37,468 bases of DNA from Diploschistes diacapsis (lineage: Eukaryota), in NCBI GenBank assembly GCA_023645945.1, contig JALAIB010000061.1:1-37468 (forward strand). Direction: 5' to 3'. The position numbers and the translations under genes are program-made. The stretch's first letter is position 1. Each line of letters starts with the position of its first letter. The notes beneath the pieces are model-generated. The model searched no databases. It was not told the DNA's origin and saw only the letters and a list, made by a program, of their open reading frames with translations. Shown in pieces: positions 32,195 to 37,468 of this stretch.

Positions 32195-33964
32195 ACCGAC
32201 ATGTTCGGAGGCTTAGGATGGGTTCGGCTCTAGGATACGCGAGGGAGATTTGCAGCAAGTCTGTCGGAGGACGTGTAAGCGTCTGGTTGAACGACAAGGG
32301 AGACAGACAAAGCTTTGGATACCCTAAAAATTCTTGTTCGTCTTGAAAACCAGCTGTCGTGGATGCTCCTGGCACTAGGAAGCGTGCTGCTGATTGTGCT
32401 CAACGAATAAGGAAGCGTTTATCGAACCCCTCAAGGCGACGAGCAGCATCGTGCAGGGCAGGAATTCGAGATCTTCGTCTAGAAATTCAACCGGACGGTC
32501 GTTTCATTTCTGTTCAATATGCCCTATATACGGAGTATTTCAATTGGCTCTCATTTCAGATTCTTGGGGAGTCGTTGGTGGCAGAGTTCTCCGCCAAGTG
32601 ATTGAAGGCGTTCGGGGAGATATGCTACTGTCGTTCTCAGGCTGGCTGATCCTGGTGAAGATCTCTCGTGCATGAGCTGTACTAGGAATACCCTTGCAAA
32701 AGAGAGCGGACCCTGCAGTGCGGGCTAAATCCAATACCGCGGCGCTGGCGCTTTCGCTTCAATGTTCTGCAACCCTATAGACTTCTTGAATGATAGATTA
32801 TCAACGCAAAGAAATGTTCAGCCAACTTATGTCATCATTTCTGTTTCGCTTTTTAGCTTCCAAAGCCCCATTCGATCTCTCTATGTGAGCTTGCGATGAT
32901 AACAGAAAGTTGCTTTCCAGTAAACTCCCCAAAGCACTTGGTTGAGGTTGTCTGGGCCCATTACTACCTGCGAAATCCTGTGTTCGATTGATACAACGAG
33001 CTCACATATTGTTCATGTATTAGCAACAGTCTCTAATGAATAGTTCAGGCTTCCGCTGCAACCAATCAGGCCAACTTACAAGAATACTAACTAGTACAGA
33101 GCATAGCCATCAAATGTTTTACGTGAACGCAAACTTTTAACGACCTCGATAGGCAATGTCACATGATTTTGTCTTTACCAACATGTACCCAAACATTGAC
33201 GGAATCAATCAGCGAACCTGGCGCAGTTACTACTCGGACACAGTTTCCTTGTCAAGGCGAGCTGTCTCCTGCGGCGCCTTCCTCAGCATACTTGGATACT
33301 CGCTGTAATTCGTGTCAGAGGGCTCAATGGGCGAAATGGCTTACCTACGCCCCATCCCGCATTCTTCCCTCTGGGAACGATGGTAACCTGTTTCTCCTGG
33401 ATGGGAAGTAGCGCTTTTGGCCCGACTCTACCGAATTTCGCTTGATAGGTAATGCTCTCCGCAGCTGCTCGAGGCGCGTTTTTATATAGTACGCCGCACG
33501 CATGCAGTGTCTTTTTATATTGGCACAGCTTCTGAGAACATACACGCGTGATATCACTGAGGTGAGGTAATACCACTTCCCATTGCGTTGTCATCCATCT
33601 ATCAGGCAATTCTATGACTGACATCCAGGACTACGGGATCCTTGCCTGTCTCTGGCGAAGAAAATCTTGAATTGTTATGGTTACTCAGGACGTCCGACCA
33701 CTCTTGTATCGACGCTCTTTTTATCCCTCCACAGCCACCTATCGCCTCACTGTCATCTGTCACCGGTCTTTGTACTTGTGCTCGTCCCTCGTCGTAATAG
33801 CCAGTCGGCTTCCACCGCTTGCCTTCGGCCAAGTTCTTCAACCATCAGGATGCCGAAAATGAATTTGATTATGGTCCATGTTTCCTGTGGCTGAGGTGTT
33901 ACGTTCTTCCTATGACTGTTGGGGCACCTTCGCGACCTTTGATTCCAAACATTTCCTTGAGTTG

Positions 33965-33970
33965 TATAAA
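33965..33970 (+). promoter_or_regulatory. TATA box for the microprotein gene at 34089
   Basis: TATAAAT about 120 nt upstream of the ATG, followed by a CT-rich leader (TTCACCTCTCTTTTCCTTCAATCTTCTTTCC). Confidence 0.5.
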
Positions 33971-34088
33971 TGTCAAGTCAACATTCACCTCTCTTTTCCT
34001 TCAATCTTCTTTCCTTGCAGAACACACCACGATCTATCCGAGGGATAGGGACCTATTCTAGCCTGTTAATAATTTCAGCCTCGCTATC

Positions 34089-34283
34089 ATGGGTAAACCG
34101 GAACACAAGAAGACTAGGCAAGAAGACAAGAGTACGAAGAAACGTTATTTCATTTGGTACTGTGATAATTGCACCAATACTTCGATCATGAATTATGAAC
34201 TCGACGATTACTGCACAAATTGTCACACCAGGAGAGGCCCCTTGGCTCGTATAGAGGAATGCAAAGGCCGAGCCTCCGGATAG
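34089..34283 (+). CDS. Small basic zinc-ribbon-like protein, 64 aa
   Basis: MGKPEHKKTRQEDKSTKKRYFIWYCDNCTNTSIMNYELDDYCTNCHTRRG. Pattern is WYCxxC-x13-CxxC with a Lys-rich N-terminus. Good start context (ATCATGG) and an upstream TATA box. Confidence 0.62.
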   Translation: MGKPEHKKTRQEDKSTKKRYFIWYCDNCTNTSIMNYELDDYCTNCHTRRGPLARIEECKGRASG

Positions 34284-37200
34284 AACCTCCTGTACGTACC
34301 TCTCTGCAAAGCAAGACAGCAAGGCATCCTGACGGTGCAAACTGGAAGGCGCGGCTCTAACGGTCGTCTCTTTACTTGTTCAGGACCGTTGCTAGCAGCA
34401 TTTGGCATCATAGTGACACTATGCGTTTCATCGATTTGGATAAGCGTCTTGGCGCCGTCCGCATAGCAGATCAGAGTCATATCAGTTTTTCATCAAAACC
34501 GTTTGCGATACCCGTCTTCTACAAATCCTTCGCGCATATTCTGGTTTGAAATAGGCATTTCACCTGACGACCCACGCCCGTCTGGTAACCAACGTTCCCG
34601 CAATTTTCATCGTCGACCGGAGTTTTGGTGGAGTTGAATAGGTGGATTGGCGGGTTGAGGATGGATTTGGTTGTTTACCTTGGGCGTTTTGGTGGTGGTA
34701 GCATGTCATACAGCATTCCTATTTCGCACCGTTTCCAGCTACAAGTCCGTTCCCTTCGTCGAGTGTACTTTGCAGATTAGCTTTGAGAGAATCTAGAGTT
34801 TATGCTGATCCCAAAGTTAGCGAATTGCGTGATCATGCTCTGGTCGATAATTTTTATGGGAGCCGGTTTCCAAAGGAGTCTCAAATTAGGCCGGACTGTT
34901 CACCGCTTTATACGTTCACTCGCGCATCTAGCAAGGTATTGGAACGAGAAACCAAGGCGCAACAGGTGATCATAGCTAGAGACCTGCGATCGGCAGTATC
35001 TTACGATCAGCTCTCGCGCGATCGATAGATATCAGTACCGGGAAGAAACATGGAATTGCCTAGTTCTTGCCAAAATCTGCTCCGCGGGATAACCCTCTCC
35101 AATTATATAAAATGCAAGTTGTTTTACACGAGCTTTAAACCCTCGCCCACCTACACAATGGTCACATCCCCTGAGCACCAATTGACTTTACAGGTCTTGG
35201 ATGTGAAGTATGTGCATAACAAACTTACTGCTGCTTCGAGGCTTCAGACGCTGCAAAGATTCCGCAAATGCCCCATGTGACTTTGCAGTTCGCCTTGCTC
35301 GCCAGGCTTAAGGCAGCAACATGGAAGCCGAGAACCTAAGCGACCATGATTTTTGCTGCCTACCATTCTTGCCGGTAGTCTAGTTTGTGCTATGAAATAC
35401 GAAGAGTCTGTTTGAATCGAAATAAAGACTGGTTAGGAGGGCCGAAAAAGGGGCTGATTACTATTTTCGGCTAGGGCCGGAGTTTCCGTTTCCCCCCGTA
35501 AACAGACGTCAGAAATTGCGCAACAACTCAAAAACAAATCCTTCATTCATACTGTACGACAACCTCAATCTGCATCATCAGACTTGATCATTCCAGTCCT
35601 GAGGTTCGCGAAAGGATCAACCAGTACGCAGTATCTCGCTCGGTGCTGCTGCTAGACTAATAAGGCTTGTGATGAGTCCAACGCCCGATTGCCTGCTGCC
35701 CATGGTCACGCCTGTATCTGCCTGCCTAGAGCTTTACCATACACAAATTGGGCGTTGCTTACTTTACGGCATCCAAGCTACTAGCCCGTTGTTCATCATC
35801 AGTGGCCTGTTTGGAAAAAAGATTTTCATTTGTCAGTCTATTGAGTAGTTATAACAAGGCGAAGTTGCTTGCTCAGGAGTCAGAAAGCAAGGCATTTCAG
35901 TCACGGATTGGACTCCAAAACAGTCTTCGTGTGCTTTTATGATGTTGAGCTTGCCTAGTATGCCTGTTATCGCCTTACAATGTGCTGATCTAGTCAGCAA
36001 AGCCATTTCAAAGAAGCCCGAGCATGGTACACGAAATAGTTGCGTCAAGGTATTCAAATTCTACAAGAGCGCTGGTGAGTACCTGGGCACGAGCAACGGC
36101 CGAGGACCTGGAGCTGACGGCACAGTCAAACAATGCACTGCTCACTTTAGAAAAGCGCATATCTGGATATGCAGACAGTGTGGCAGTAAGGTGACAGCTT
36201 GACGCCCCATGGTGTTTTAATTCTATCTATAAACCCGTCGGGATGAGACGAAAACGGCTAATGTCACGTGTCAGCGTAGGACGCTCAACCAAACCTCAAC
36301 ACCTTTGGGCACATGATCTATTCAGTATGCGGCCTCATGCAGCACCAAAGCCATCTACCGCACTGAGTTGTGGCCTTATGCAGTCATCTAATACATGACA
36401 TCGCGCCACGCTGCAGAAGAATAATTTCGGGAGTACAAAGCCAACTTATATGCAGGGCGAAGTCCGCGTCCTGGAATTACTACATCATGTTCTCGACCAA
36501 GGCAAAGCTCTGGATTTGCACGGGCGTCGAGGCTCGCAGGCGTTCAACCGAGTGCTTGCCCACTGCGGCCTGCGCCCCGAGGAGTCGATATCTAAGGAAA
36601 GATCACACCGCTATCTCCTTTCATCAGTTGGCTGTCCAACTCAGCTGCTCCTGCTGTCTCGTTGCCCAGAAAATCCCAGGCGCACAGATGGCACCGGGTA
36701 CCTTGCATCTTAGTAAGCTCGCGGCAAAGAAGCGTTGAGTTTTTTTGTTGCTTACACCGCAAGCCTTGAATAGCAGGGACGTAGCATGAGCGTTGCAACC
36801 GTCGAGCTCGGCGCCAGAAGCCGCTACGCCCTTTATGATGCAAGTGACAGAAGGCGGATGAAAGGCGGCCGCCAGAAGGCGTGGAGGTACTTGGACGGGC
36901 GGTGGCTGCTGAGATTTTAAATTATCTTCGGTCAAAACCGTTGTACTAACCTGGGCGCTTGCTAATTCCCGGCCTTCGTCTCGTGGCATAATATCACCTT
37001 CCTATGCTTCCGTTGCGTCGTAACCGATGTCGCGCCCGTGTGGACATACCCAAACAGGAGCAGGACGGGCTATCTTCGGAAGGTCTCTAGCCAAGGTTGC
37101 TTCGTGAGAGAGCCCTGTATCAGGTAGCATTCAGATTATTCAAAGATGCCTCAGCGCACAGCACCAAGCAAGCACCAAGAGTTTCAATCTGTAGATCCTC

Positions 37201-37468
37201 TTCACCATTATCAATCAACTTGTCTAACATAATCCACTCACTCGCTTGCTTGCTCGATTACTCCGCTTCGACGTTCCACACACACGGGGCACGGTTCTCG
37301 CACAGGACACACTCGCTCGCTTTCTTGCTTCCGAAACCAAACTTCAAGATGCCAGAGCCATGATCAATATGCTCAAATCGTCTGCTTCATCGTCCCGTCG
37401 TCATCATCCGTAATCGTCTCCGCGTCTCTCCGTTCTCGCTCCGCTCGTGGCTTCAACTAGGTACATAC

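Noticed and set aside
35104..35280. TATATAAAA followed by a short ORF from ATG 35158
   Set aside because: Possible small gene, but the peptide lacks the zinc-ribbon pattern and no convincing spliced frame was found.
1..37468. Transposons, tRNA/rRNA genes, CRISPR arrays
   Set aside because: I recognised no transposase, RT or integrase motifs, terminal repeats, cloverleaf structures or spaced repeats.

Overview
Eukaryotic, intron-containing DNA from a filamentous ascomycete (Pezizomycotina), inferred from short 42-70 nt introns with CTAAC/CTGAC branch points and from the gene families present. I cannot identify the species. The left ~29 kb is gene-dense. In order it holds THO2 (3 exons, -), a probable GNAT acetyltransferase pseudogene (-), a peroxisomal enoyl-CoA isomerase/hydratase with a GC-AG intron (-), a heavily decayed 4-coumarate-CoA-ligase-like pseudogene (-), the SSK1 response regulator (3 exons, -), a Whi3-like RRM protein with a long uORF-containing leader (-), a CCDC97/DUF2052 protein (-), a membrane-anchored spermidine-synthase-like SAM-binding protein (3 exons, +) and an orphan 2-exon gene (+). 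The right ~8 kb has no large ORF. It contains at least two co-oriented, TATA-preceded microprotein genes sharing a W-Y-C-x2-C...C-x2-C zinc-ribbon pattern, plus possible degenerate relatives. This cluster is the best candidate for an undescribed system. All calls come from manual translation and motif recognition; no searches were run.
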